NCBI GenBank assembly: GCA_934162285.1
Contig: CAKPHY010000001.1
Location: 6,510-70,509 of the forward strand
Source: an uncultured Bacilli bacterium
GTDB lineage: Bacteria; Bacillota_I; Bacilli_A; RF39; UBA660
Direction of reading: 5' to 3'
Length of the DNA stretch: 64,000 nucleotides
In this document: piece by piece, positions 50,441 to 60,976 of the stretch
Layout: each line of letters opens with the position of its first letter
Numbering within the stretch: the first letter of the stretch is position 1
The notes under the pieces: generated by a model
What the model saw: the letters and a program-made list of their open reading frames with translations, nothing else
What the model was told of the DNA's origin: nothing
Database searches by the model: none
Translations under genes and position numbers: made by a program

Positions 50441-50705
50441 ATTATTTTGATCTTAATTAAATATTAATTTGAATTTTCTTGTTAATAATTGAAAGAAAGT
50501 TATTTTATTTATATCTTCATTAACAGTTAATTCAACTACTTCATAAGAATTATTAATTCTTACTTTCATTGTTCCTACTTTGTCACCTTTTTTTATTGGA
50601 GCTTTTATATTGTTTAAATCAATTGTCAAATCTATTTTAGGATCTTCATCCATTTTATTTTTCAAAAATGTTACTTTTTTACTTGGTACTATCTCAACTT
50701 CATCT
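50441..50705. repeat. direct repeat copy B (3' end of the intact dacB-like gene plus 12 bp downstream)
   Basis: See copy A. Confidence 0.8.
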
Positions 50706-51589
50706 TTGTATCCTTTTTCAACTTTAGCTTTTTTTAAAACTTTGTCGGTATTTATAGCAGTACCAAGTTCATATTGAGCATAGGCGTAATCTAACATTTC
50801 GCTTGCTTCCTTATTTCTTAATTCGCTTGATGGTTCATCTAATACTATAGCTAAGATACGCATATTATTTTTTTTAGCTGTTGCTACTAAACAATATCCT
50901 GCTGTTTTAGTATATCCAGTTTTTAAACCATCAACACCGTCATAAAATCTAACTAGTTTATTAGTATTAACTAACCATAATCTTCTATTGGTATTTTCTC
51001 TTAAATAACTTTCATATAAAGATGTATATTTAAATATTTCTTCATGCTTTACTAATTCTAAAGCTATTTTAGCTAAATCATTAGCAGTTGTATAGTGTCC
51101 TTCAGTTGTTAAGCCGTGAGAATTTTTAAATACTGTATTAGTTAAACCTAATTCTTTTGCTCTTTTATTCATAAGACTAACAAAATTTTCTTCAGTTCCA
51201 GCTATTTTTTCAGCTAAAGCAACTACAGCATCATTACCGCTCGCGATAGCTATTCCTTTAAAAAGATCTTCAACGGTCATTCTTTCATTGGTTTCTAATA
51301 GTATTTGACTTCCACCCATACTAGATGCATGAGCACTTACAGTTACTACTTGATTCCAAGATAAAACACTTTTGTCAATTGCTTCGACGATCAAAAGCAT
51401 TGACATCATTTTAGTTAAAGATGCTGGTTCTAATTTTTCGTGGGGATTTTTTGAAAATATTATTTCACCTGTGCTTGCTTCTAAAAGCAATGCTGCTCTA
51501 GCATTTGTTGCTAAAGTTACCTCAGCACGAACAAAAAAAGGAATAAAACACAATAAAATTAATATAAATTTTTTCACATTCCACCTCAT
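50453..51589 (-). CDS. D-alanyl-D-alanine carboxypeptidase (low-molecular-weight PBP, PBP5/DacB-like) with a PBP5_C domain
   Basis: SxxK ASLTKMMS, SGN (IASGND) and KTG (KTGYT) motifs; signal peptide. Confidence 0.85.
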   Translation of the reverse strand: MRWNVKKFILILLCFIPFFVRAEVTLATNARAALLLEASTGEIIFSKNPHEKLEPASLTKMMSMLLIVEAIDKSVLSWNQVVTVSAHASSMGGSQILLETNERMTVEDLFKGIAIASGNDAVVALAEKIAGTEENFVSLMNKRAKELGLTNTVFKNSHGLTTEGHYTTANDLAKIALELVKHEEIFKYTSLYESYLRENTNRRLWLVNTNKLVRFYDGVDGLKTGYTKTAGYCLVATAKKNNMRILAIVLDEPSSELRNKEASEMLDYAYAQYELGTAINTDKVLKKAKVEKGYKDEVEIVPSKKVTFLKNKMDEDPKIDLTIDLNNIKAPIKKGDKVGTMKVRINNSYEVVELTVNEDINKITFFQLLTRKFKLIFN

Positions 51590-51652
51590 TTAAAAATATG
51601 AAAAAAAATAGTAAAAATTACTATTCTTTTAATAAACTTATATGCTTTATTG

Positions 51653-53116
51653 TTATGCAGTGGCTTTTTTTATGTATATATAGCACATATCATCTTGATA
51701 ATACAAATCATATTCTTCCATTTCATCAAGAAAATAATGTAATTGGTTGACTTTATATGTTAGTATTACATCAAAATCATAATGTTCTAACAATTCACGG
51801 GTATTTTCTCTTACTTCGCCTATTTTTAAAGAGTTTGGTAATATTTCTGAACTAAATACATCACCTAGACCATATGAAAATATTTTTACATCATCAAGTA
51901 AATTGTATTGATCTAGTTTATATAATAGATAGCCACCACCACCAAAATCATTAAATAGTCTTTTAGGTTTTAATTCGCCTATTTTTTTTACAGCTTCGTC
52001 ACTATAGTATCCATCATTATCAATAACACCAACTGTTTTAAGAGTTTTTATTTGCTTATATCCTGCTAATGTACACGTAGCTACTAATAATAAGCAAAAA
52101 CAAATGTAAATTGGTTTTTCTAACTTTCTGAATGGTTTTTTTAAAGTTTCATACACCTCATTGCTTACAAAGAAATATTTTCCTAAATTCCACATTGAAT
52201 AGATTGCATACATTCCTATAAATCTTTGGCTTTTCAAACACATATAAAAGAAAAGTAATTGAAATGCAATTTCATAGAATTTCATTTTATGTTTTGTTAA
52301 TATTAGATTAAAGATAGGAATAGCTATTATTATGAAAATATACATCCCGAAAAGGCCGTGGAAATCTGGGCTCATCCATTCTACAATATTATTTAACATG
52401 TTATTATCAGCCATGTTAGTAAATGGATATAGGATCATTTTATATCCAAATGGATTTAAACAACTAGCAATTAATGTTAATATTAATACTTTTATTAACG
52501 TTTGAATTTGAGTTTTTGAAAGATTATTAGATGACCAACGTTCTTCTTTAAATTTAAATATTTTTAAAAATAGTTCACATAATAGAACACCTATTATAAA
52601 GATATATGATAAAGAAGAAGAGCCACCATGGAAATTTACCCATAATATTTGTAATATAGGAATTGTATAAATTAATTTTTGATATTTTTTTTCATCATCT
52701 AAATAGCTAAATAGTATATAAACTAAATATGCCATAAAAACTAGACTCAAGATATATGGACGTGGTCCTGTAACTTTAAAAAATACAGTAACCATTAATA
52801 AATAAACTAACTTAAAATCAAATATTTTCTTTAAATTTACCTTTAACATTTTTGCTAGCAATATATATAAAATTAAAAATATTACTAACATTATAGCCAG
52901 ACACCCTACTGGACCTAATTTGTACATTATTAACTCTGTTAGCCATTCATGTGATGTCCATTCATATGGACCATGCCATGTAAATAGTTCGCTTTTTGGA
53001 ATTGTATGGGTATTACTTATGTAATGTCCAATAACATAATGCCAAAACCAATCATTATCAGTTATTGGTTCCAATGACATGATTAACCCCATAATAAACG
53101 TAAATATAACTACCAT
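51653..53116 (-). CDS. polytopic membrane protein with a C-terminal soluble domain (Wzy/ligase-like polymer-handling protein?)
   Basis: About 10 predicted TM helices and a 120-aa C-terminal hydrophilic domain; immediately downstream of the ATP-grasp, racemase and flippase genes. Confidence 0.35.
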   Translation of the reverse strand: MVVIFTFIMGLIMSLEPITDNDWFWHYVIGHYISNTHTIPKSELFTWHGPYEWTSHEWLTELIMYKLGPVGCLAIMLVIFLILYILLAKMLKVNLKKIFDFKLVYLLMVTVFFKVTGPRPYILSLVFMAYLVYILFSYLDDEKKYQKLIYTIPILQILWVNFHGGSSSLSYIFIIGVLLCELFLKIFKFKEERWSSNNLSKTQIQTLIKVLILTLIASCLNPFGYKMILYPFTNMADNNMLNNIVEWMSPDFHGLFGMYIFIIIAIPIFNLILTKHKMKFYEIAFQLLFFYMCLKSQRFIGMYAIYSMWNLGKYFFVSNEVYETLKKPFRKLEKPIYICFCLLLVATCTLAGYKQIKTLKTVGVIDNDGYYSDEAVKKIGELKPKRLFNDFGGGGYLLYKLDQYNLLDDVKIFSYGLGDVFSSEILPNSLKIGEVRENTRELLEHYDFDVILTYKVNQLHYFLDEMEEYDLYYQDDMCYIYIKKATA

Positions 53117-53128
53117 AAAGTTTTCCTC

Positions 53129-54151
53129 CTACAACTTTATTTTCTTAAGTTCTTCACCAAGAACATCTTCTATTTCTTTTAAATGACCTGTTTTAGAATT
53201 TTTCAATTTATAATGTTGGATAAGACCATATCCAGGATATTCATTACCTTCTACTATAACAGGACCTTTTTCAGAGAAAGCAACATCCCAACCGATGTAG
53301 CGCACTTCAAGAATTTCTTTGTGAGCCTCAATACACATATCAAAAGCTTTTTGTACATCTTTGATACAAACATCTTTAAATTTTTTACGTGTAAGTGGAT
53401 GAGATTCATAAATATTGCCATAATCATCAATAACGTTGCTATTTATTTTACCATCTTTATCAAACGAGCAATATAAATCATTAGTACAACCTATAATCGC
53501 CGTTTCGTCTTGATTTATTCTTAAAGCATTATTTAATAGATGAATTTTACCATCTTTATCTACCAATGTAATTACTCTAAAAGAATTTACTACATTAGGA
53601 TTTATTTCGTTTAATTCTTTACTTTGAACTATAGCTTCTTCAACTAAAAATTGCCCATGTTCTTTTAATTTATGATACAAATTTTCTACTTCGTAGTTTT
53701 TAACTATTATTTTCTTAACTCCATGTCCACCTTCACCTATTGGAGTTTTAGCAAATACTACTTCTTGATTTTCTAAAAATTCTTTAAATTCTTCTAATGT
53801 TGCAATTTTTAGATTTATATAGTTGCGTTTTAAATATTTTTTAAAATATTGATTAAAAACTAATTTATCATTTAGAAGTACAGTGTATTTGGGATTATTT
53901 AAATATGCAAGTATTTTGTAAAACTTTTTAGCTGTCACGAATGTATCTTTTTCTTTTTTACTTAAATTGATATAATCACCACGAAAATAATCTGTGTATC
54001 CACAACCTCTTGTCAAGAAGTTGATAAATATATCAGCTTTTATATATAATTTTGATTTCCCAGTATTTTTAGAAATTGTTTCAATGTGCTTGTTTAATCT
54101 TGTTTTATCTATTCCTCTTATTTTTCTTAAGATCCATCTTGTTACATTCAT
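53129..54151 (-). CDS. sugar-transfer-associated ATP-grasp (ATP-grasp_ST) family ligase
   Basis: 340 aa; ATP-grasp fold signatures (…EGGHGVKKI…, …RYIGWDVAF…EGN) resembling the PF14397-type. Confidence 0.5.
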   Translation of the reverse strand: MNVTRWILRKIRGIDKTRLNKHIETISKNTGKSKLYIKADIFINFLTRGCGYTDYFRGDYINLSKKEKDTFVTAKKFYKILAYLNNPKYTVLLNDKLVFNQYFKKYLKRNYINLKIATLEEFKEFLENQEVVFAKTPIGEGGHGVKKIIVKNYEVENLYHKLKEHGQFLVEEAIVQSKELNEINPNVVNSFRVITLVDKDGKIHLLNNALRINQDETAIIGCTNDLYCSFDKDGKINSNVIDDYGNIYESHPLTRKKFKDVCIKDVQKAFDMCIEAHKEILEVRYIGWDVAFSEKGPVIVEGNEYPGYGLIQHYKLKNSKTGHLKEIEDVLGEELKKIKL

Positions 54152-55323
54152 ATTTCTCCCTCTTTGTTTTCCGTATAGATTTTTTTATTGTTATTGCCAA
54201 TATTTATCAGCATTTCTGCTAGGCCAATTCCTTCAAATCGGCTTAACGTTCCCAATGAAATTCCTTTACCTAAAATTATTACTGTATCATTTATTGACAC
54301 TTTTTTATCTATAGAAATGGTCATCATGTTCATTCCTATACTTCCCACAACATCGTATTTTTTATCATTTATCATTACATATCTTCCATTGTTTTTATTT
54401 CCTATTCCATTGGCATAACCTATAGGAAGTATTGCTATTCGCATATTTTTCTTAGCACGATAAGTGCAACCATAACCAATATATTCGCCCTTTTTTACTT
54501 CTTTAATTTGAATTATTCTTGTTTGCATTGACATTAATGGTTTCACATTAATCGTAGTATTATTAATTGTTTTACTTAATTTGTAAATTTTTTGATAGCA
54601 AATATTTCTTAGAATTTTTATTTTATTTTTTATCCCCTTATTACTTATTTTATAGCCTACATCATATCCATACATTAAAATTCCTAGTCTTGTTCCATTC
54701 ACATATGGCAATTTTTCATGAGATAACATAACTATCGAATTAGCTAAATGAATAATAGGTATTTTAGTTAAATCAATTAAAGATGTTAACTCTTGAAATT
54801 TTTCTACTTGCTCATCGTAATGTTTATCAATTAAACCTGTTGTTGCAAAGTGTGTAAAGATACCTTCTATAAAAATATTTTTATTTGTATCTTCAAATAT
54901 TTTTTTTACTTCATTTTTATTTTTTATACCTAATCGATTCATTCCTGTATCAAGCTTTAGATGTACTTTTATTTTTTGAGATAAATTAATTTTTTTCAAT
55001 TCATTATAGTAGTTATAATCATGTATTGTTAATGTTATATTGTTCATAGCTGCTTCTTTTAATCTACTTAATGATATTGGTTGCAAGCACAAGATAGGAA
55101 TTTTTTCATTCATTTTTCTTATTTCTAGTGCTTCATCTAAATATGATACAGCTAAATAATTTATGCCACCTTTTATTAATTCATTAACTATATCTTTTCC
55201 ATGACCATAGAAGTTAGATTTAACAACTCCGATATAGTATTTATATTGAGGATGATCTTCTATAATTGTTTCAACATTTTTAGAAACAAATTCTAAATTA
55301 ATTTTTACAATTGTATCATTCAT
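54148..55323 (-). CDS. alanine racemase-family PLP-dependent enzyme
   Basis: PLP-lysine motif IGVVKSNFYGHG (cf. Alr AVVKANAYGHG); 391 aa with a TIM-barrel plus beta domain. Confidence 0.6.
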   Translation of the reverse strand: MNDTIVKINLEFVSKNVETIIEDHPQYKYYIGVVKSNFYGHGKDIVNELIKGGINYLAVSYLDEALEIRKMNEKIPILCLQPISLSRLKEAAMNNITLTIHDYNYYNELKKINLSQKIKVHLKLDTGMNRLGIKNKNEVKKIFEDTNKNIFIEGIFTHFATTGLIDKHYDEQVEKFQELTSLIDLTKIPIIHLANSIVMLSHEKLPYVNGTRLGILMYGYDVGYKISNKGIKNKIKILRNICYQKIYKLSKTINNTTINVKPLMSMQTRIIQIKEVKKGEYIGYGCTYRAKKNMRIAILPIGYANGIGNKNNGRYVMINDKKYDVVGSIGMNMMTISIDKKVSINDTVIILGKGISLGTLSRFEGIGLAEMLINIGNNNKKIYTENKEGEI

Positions 55324-56941
55324 ATTTTCTCCTATTTATTTTTAGTTTTTTTAATATTTTGTCTATTTCTTCTTCACTAAAGATTTTAAAAATTAATTTT
55401 GTTTTATACGTAATATATATGTATATTGGAACAAATATTAGTCCTGAAATTCCTACTTTAAGCAAATTATAATTGATATTATTTAATAGACTTTTCTTTA
55501 AAATAAACGAAGTTAATAGTAATAATGTACTTACAATAGTTATTTTAAATAATAATTTAAATATTTCTTTATATTTGAAATTCAATTCTTTTTTTAGATT
55601 TATGAATACTATAGTAATAGATATTAATTGTCCTATCATTGTTGAAATGATTGTACCTATAATGGGATAAAATTTAATTTTGTTTAATAAAAGAATCAAG
55701 GGAATATCCAAAATGGCATTTACAACTATACCTACAATAGTGTTTAGATAAACTAACTTATATTTTTTCATTCCCTGCAAAATCATATTTATTACTAAAT
55801 GAATACTAAATAGTATACTAACAACAGATAAAACTGCTAGAATTACTCCACCATAAGGGCTACTTCCATAAAAGATAGAATATATTTCTTTTGAATATAA
55901 AATTATAAAGAATGAAATAGGTATGCTTACAAAATTTATAATATTAATGGCTTGATTAAATTTTTGATTTAATTCTTTATGCTGATTTTTTAAATAATTA
56001 TCAACAATAAAAGGTACAATACTTGCACAAAGACCTAAAGCTAAAGTATTTATAATCATACAAATTTTAGGTGCCCATGTTACAATTATGCTGGCAATAA
56101 GTTCACATTGACTAGCATCATATCCTATTAAATATAGTCCTTTAATAATAAACTTGAAATCGATTAATTCATATATATTTTGAGAAACTGATATTATGGT
56201 TGCTGGCAAAGCATATATGGCTATTTTTTTTATAATATTTTTAGAATTATTTAGATTTTTTTGAGGTATTTCTTTAACTGAAATATATTTTTTACGTTTT
56301 TTATTTAAATATAAATATGCTATTATGGCTCCTATTGTTGTTCCTGAAAGGGCAAAAGATATTCCAACAGGAATGCTAAAATGCAAAATATTTATTGTTA
56401 AATAAGAACCAACAAGAACAACAAATATTCTAACTAATTGTTCTATTAGTTGGCTAAATGTTGATGGAGTTATATATTTATTACCTTGCATGTATCCTCT
56501 AGTAACGCTTAAAAATGGTACTATCAATAAGCAGAACGAAATTACTCTTATTACTAAAACTATTGATTCTATTGATTGACCACCCTTAATATCGCCTATT
56601 ATAAATAGTCCAATGGATCGAGCAAAGATAAAAAGTACTAAAAAAGCGATAGTGGAAATGATCGAAATTATTTTAGTAGATACTTTATACGCATATTCAC
56701 GTTCTTCTATTTGATTTAAGGCATTATATTCGGCAATCATTATACATATTGCAGTGGGAATTCCACTTGTTGATATGTTTAAAAGTAAATTATATACATT
56801 ATATGCATATGAATATAAAACGCCGCCATCTGTTCCTACTATCTTATAAAATGGTATTACATATAGTACTCCCAGTATTTTAGTTATTATTAATAGTATA
56901 TAAGAAATGATTGTACCTTCTGTAAAACTATTTTTTTTCAT
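55316..56941 (-). CDS. MOP-superfamily polysaccharide/lipid-II-type flippase (Wzx/MurJ-like)
   Basis: 541 aa with about 14 TM helices, typical of the oligosaccharide flippase family. Confidence 0.65.
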   Translation of the reverse strand: MKKNSFTEGTIISYILLIITKILGVLYVIPFYKIVGTDGGVLYSYAYNVYNLLLNISTSGIPTAICIMIAEYNALNQIEEREYAYKVSTKIISIISTIAFLVLFIFARSIGLFIIGDIKGGQSIESIVLVIRVISFCLLIVPFLSVTRGYMQGNKYITPSTFSQLIEQLVRIFVVLVGSYLTINILHFSIPVGISFALSGTTIGAIIAYLYLNKKRKKYISVKEIPQKNLNNSKNIIKKIAIYALPATIISVSQNIYELIDFKFIIKGLYLIGYDASQCELIASIIVTWAPKICMIINTLALGLCASIVPFIVDNYLKNQHKELNQKFNQAINIINFVSIPISFFIILYSKEIYSIFYGSSPYGGVILAVLSVVSILFSIHLVINMILQGMKKYKLVYLNTIVGIVVNAILDIPLILLLNKIKFYPIIGTIISTMIGQLISITIVFINLKKELNFKYKEIFKLLFKITIVSTLLLLTSFILKKSLLNNINYNLLKVGISGLIFVPIYIYITYKTKLIFKIFSEEEIDKILKKLKINRRKYE

Positions 56942-57057
56942 TTTTACCTCTTAATCTATATAACGCTATATTTTATAGCTTTATTTATATTTTATCATTA
57001 CATCAACTAGATGTCTATTATTTATTCTTATAATGAAAAGATTGAAAAAAATAATTT

Positions 57058-58299
57058 TTATTCATTCCAACCTAATATTTTTATTAATTTTTTATCGGCA
57101 TAATTATATGCTGATAATGGATAGTTTTGACGATCTGTCGAATTGGAAGTAGTTAAAACATCAACAATTTTTCCATCTTTTTCAACTAATCCCGAAACAA
57201 CTATAGTATGAACGTAAGAATTATTAGCACCAACTTGCATAATATCGCCTTTTTCAGCATAAAAATAGTTTACATCAGTTACAGAACATAATCCTGCTCC
57301 TGTATTATTTCTGGCATAACTATAAAAATAACTTACACCTGTCCATGATGGTGTTCTGCCTTTTTCAGCAGTTGTTTCATCAACTAAACTTCCATAGTAT
57401 TTCCACTTATAATTACCAGTTACATCCATAGGTATACCCCCGGCATAAATAACTTGAGAAGCGTAATTTTGACAATTTCCTCCATATACAGCAAAATCAA
57501 AATAATCACTATTCCTAGTTAATGCATATTTTTCTAGATAAATATAAGCGGAATTGTGGTCATAACTATGATCACATTTTTTAGTAGTAATACCTTTATT
57601 TTCTAGATATGATTCGTAATATAATTTTTCATTTTCAACTGATTTTTCAACTTTTTCTAAAGCATTATTTACTAATTCGATTAAATCTTTTTTAGTTTCA
57701 GTTTCATCTTTAGTAATTTTATAGTAATCAGTTATTATATTATAGAAATCAGCTGCTTTTTCTACTTTAACTAATTCGTTATTGGCATTAAAGGTAAAAA
57801 TATTTTTTACTCCTTGCGTAACAGATTCTATATCATTCATAAAATTGAAAGTTACTTTGCTATCTTCTAAAATTGTTATAGTAATTAAATCATCATTATT
57901 TTTTATTTCTTTAATTGTTAAAGTGTAATTACCATCTTTTAGTTTTAAATCATTTCTTTGTAATAAGCGATATCTAACAAAATAATTCATAGCCATTTGT
58001 GTTAAATTTGCTTCATTTTGAGCTGATGGACTAAAAAGATAAGTAAAATTATATTCATTTAATTCTTTCATTGTTAGAAAATATAAATCAAAGTAAGAAA
58101 TAATTTTATTTTTTATTTCATCATTTATTGATAAACCACTTATATTTTTAAAATCTTTTAAAAATGTTGTTTGTTTAGGGGTATAAGAATCTTTTTCTTT
58201 AGTTGAAGTGCATGATTTTACTAAAAATATAATTCCTATTATTAATACTAATAAAATAATTATGGGTTTCTTTTTTAATTTAATTTTTCGTTTATTCAT
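57058..58299 (-). CDS. putative amidase-domain (Amidase_6, papain-like) cell-wall protein
   Basis: N-terminal signal anchor; C-terminal region with GGNCQNYASQ...H typical of the putative amidase domain. Confidence 0.5.
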   Translation of the reverse strand: MNKRKIKLKKKPIIILLVLIIGIIFLVKSCTSTKEKDSYTPKQTTFLKDFKNISGLSINDEIKNKIISYFDLYFLTMKELNEYNFTYLFSPSAQNEANLTQMAMNYFVRYRLLQRNDLKLKDGNYTLTIKEIKNNDDLITITILEDSKVTFNFMNDIESVTQGVKNIFTFNANNELVKVEKAADFYNIITDYYKITKDETETKKDLIELVNNALEKVEKSVENEKLYYESYLENKGITTKKCDHSYDHNSAYIYLEKYALTRNSDYFDFAVYGGNCQNYASQVIYAGGIPMDVTGNYKWKYYGSLVDETTAEKGRTPSWTGVSYFYSYARNNTGAGLCSVTDVNYFYAEKGDIMQVGANNSYVHTIVVSGLVEKDGKIVDVLTTSNSTDRQNYPLSAYNYADKKLIKILGWNE

Positions 58300-58306
58300 T
58301 TTTCAC

Positions 58307-60886
58307 CTACTTTAGTTGGTACCAATTATCACCATATTCTATTTCTACTTTTAAAGGTACTTTAAGTTCACACACGTTTTCCATAGTTGTTGTCATGATT
58401 TTTACTACATCTTCTAATTCTTCTTTTTTGCAGTCGAATACTAGTTCGTCATGAACTTGTAAAATCATTTTTGATTTTAGATTTTTTTCTTTTAAAGCTT
58501 TAGCAATTCTAATCATTGCTATTTTTAAAATATCAGCACTTGTTCCTTGGATTGGGGTATTAAGTGCTATTCGTTCACCACTATTTCTTATTATATAATT
58601 TTTATTAGCTAATTCGGGAATATTTCTTTTACGATTAAAGAGAGTTTTAACATAACCATTTTTATAGGCTTCAGCTATTTCTTTTTCCATAAATACTTTA
58701 ATTCCTGGATAAGTTATAAAATAATTATCAATAAACTCTTTAGCTTCTTTTACAGAAATATTTAAATTTTCTGCTAAACCAAAGCTACTTATACCATAAA
58801 TGATACCAAAATTAACAGCTTTAGCCATACGGCGCATATCTTTGGTAACTAATTCTTCGGGAACTTTAAAAACATCACTTGCTGTTTTAGTATGAATATC
58901 TTTGTTTTCTTTAAAAGCTGTTATTAAGGCTTCCGAATCAGCCATGTGTGATAAAATACGAAGCTCAATTTGTGAGTAATCACCACTCAATATTAAAGAA
59001 TCTTTACTAGGAACAAAAGCTTTTCTAATTAATTTTCCTAATTCACTTCGAACTGGTATGTTTTGTAAATTTGGTTCTATTGATGATAAACGACCGGTTC
59101 TTGTTAATGTTTGGGTATAAATTGTATGAATTTTACCATCTGCCATGATGGTATCTTTTAATCCCTCAATATAAGTGGAATACAATTTAGAAATTGCACG
59201 ATATTCAATTATTTTATCAACTATTTGATATTTTCCACTTAATTTGGTTAAAACTTCCATAGAAGTTGAATAACCATTACTATTTTTCTTACCATGTGGC
59301 AAATTCAATTTTTCAAACAAAATTTCACCTAATTGTTTAGGAGAAGAAATATTAAAAACATCTCCAGCTAAGTTATAGATTTCAGAACTAATTAGTTCAA
59401 GTTTAATTTGAAATTCTTCACCTAATTCATCAAGCGTTTTTCTTTCAACATACACACCATTGTATTCCATATCACCCAAAACTGTTGCTAATTGATGTTC
59501 GATATCATAATAAAGAGAGTGCATTTCTTCTTTTACTAATTCTTCGTTAAAACGACTATATGTCTCATATATAAACTTAGCTTTTAAGCTAGCAGTTGCT
59601 GCTATTTCTTCAATTGGTGGCTCTTTATATTTATTGTTTTTACCATACATTATTTCATAAAAAGGAATTTCATATCCATTGCTATTAGCAATCACGGCTA
59701 TATCATCTTTGATTGTATAGTCTAATAAATAAGCAGCAATCATGGTATCAAATGTAATATTAGATAATTCAATTCCTTGCCATTTTAAGGCTACATATAA
59801 TTTTTTTAAGTCATAAGTATATTTTTCAAAGTTCAATTTTTTATAGTCTTTTTTTAATGTTTCAAAAGGTACAAAATAGTTATTATTTTTATTATAAATA
59901 GCTAAGCCTAATATTTGGGCATGATGATAATTTTCACCTAAAATTTCTAAATATACAGCTGAGGGTTCAGTGATATTTAAATCTGTTAGGTCATTAATTA
60001 TTTTTACATCACTTTTTACTTCAGATATTTTATTTTCTCTTTTAATAAATGAATAAAATTCTAATTCTTCATATAATTTATTTAGTTCTTTGGTTGGACC
60101 TGTATATCTTACTTCATCTAAAGAAATATTAATAGGCACATGCGTGCAAATTGTTGCTAATTCATAACTCATATAAGCATTGGCTTTATCATTTATTAAT
60201 TTTTCACGCATCTTTGGTGATAGTGAATCTAAATTGGCATAGATGCCATCTAATGTTTGATAATCTTGTAAAAGCTTAATGGCTGTTTTTTCACCTATTC
60301 CTTTAACACCAGGAATATTATCAGAAGCATCACCAGATAAAGCTTTTAAATCAATTATTTTGATTGGTTCTATTCCATATTCATCCATAAATGAGGTTTT
60401 AGTATATCTAACAAAATCTTTAGATTTTAACATTTTCATGTGGACACTTGGGGTTATTAATTGCAATAAGTCATGATCACTACTAATTATTGTTGCTTGA
60501 CAATTAGGGCTTTGATCACAAAATCTTGCAAATGTTCCGATTATATCGTCAGCTTCGTAATCATCAACCTCATAATACTTAATTCCCATACCTTTTAATA
60601 ATTCGCGTGAATAAGGTATTTGGGCTTTTAGTTCATTTGGTGTTTCAATTCTTCCTGCTTTATAATTCTCATATTTTTTATGTCTAAATGTTTTACCTTT
60701 ATCAAAAGCTACCATTATATAAGTGGGTTTTTCTTCATTAATTATTTTATTCATCATATTAGCAAAACCAAAAAGAGCATTTGTAGGGAAACTTTTTGAA
60801 TTATGCATGAAATTACCGTTATAAGCGGTAGCGTAATAACTTCTAAATAAAAGGTTATTACCATCAACTAGTATTATTTTTTCCAT
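58307..60886 (-). CDS. polA: DNA polymerase I
   Basis: 5'-3' exonuclease domain (ILVDGNNLLFRSYYA), 3'-5' exonuclease domain and polymerase motifs (RRMAKAVNFGIIYG, QVHDELV). The ATG at 60886 is preceded by AGGAGG; the ORF-track start lies 13 codons upstream. Confidence 0.95.
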   Translation of the reverse strand: MEKIILVDGNNLLFRSYYATAYNGNFMHNSKSFPTNALFGFANMMNKIINEEKPTYIMVAFDKGKTFRHKKYENYKAGRIETPNELKAQIPYSRELLKGMGIKYYEVDDYEADDIIGTFARFCDQSPNCQATIISSDHDLLQLITPSVHMKMLKSKDFVRYTKTSFMDEYGIEPIKIIDLKALSGDASDNIPGVKGIGEKTAIKLLQDYQTLDGIYANLDSLSPKMREKLINDKANAYMSYELATICTHVPINISLDEVRYTGPTKELNKLYEELEFYSFIKRENKISEVKSDVKIINDLTDLNITEPSAVYLEILGENYHHAQILGLAIYNKNNNYFVPFETLKKDYKKLNFEKYTYDLKKLYVALKWQGIELSNITFDTMIAAYLLDYTIKDDIAVIANSNGYEIPFYEIMYGKNNKYKEPPIEEIAATASLKAKFIYETYSRFNEELVKEEMHSLYYDIEHQLATVLGDMEYNGVYVERKTLDELGEEFQIKLELISSEIYNLAGDVFNISSPKQLGEILFEKLNLPHGKKNSNGYSTSMEVLTKLSGKYQIVDKIIEYRAISKLYSTYIEGLKDTIMADGKIHTIYTQTLTRTGRLSSIEPNLQNIPVRSELGKLIRKAFVPSKDSLILSGDYSQIELRILSHMADSEALITAFKENKDIHTKTASDVFKVPEELVTKDMRRMAKAVNFGIIYGISSFGLAENLNISVKEAKEFIDNYFITYPGIKVFMEKEIAEAYKNGYVKTLFNRKRNIPELANKNYIIRNSGERIALNTPIQGTSADILKIAMIRIAKALKEKNLKSKMILQVHDELVFDCKKEELEDVVKIMTTTMENVCELKVPLKVEIEYGDNWYQLK

Positions 60887-60976
60887 GTTAAACCTCCTAG
60901 TTATATTATAGCAAATTATTATCAAAAAAAATATGTGAAGTTATTTTTTATATGTTATAATTTTATTGGTGAGATA

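Noticed and set aside
53183-54418. Plus-strand ORFs of 76-106 aa (53183..53476, 53994..54314, 54188..54418)
   Set aside because: Antisense to the ATP-grasp and racemase genes; hydrophobic low-complexity translations typical of AT-rich antisense frames.
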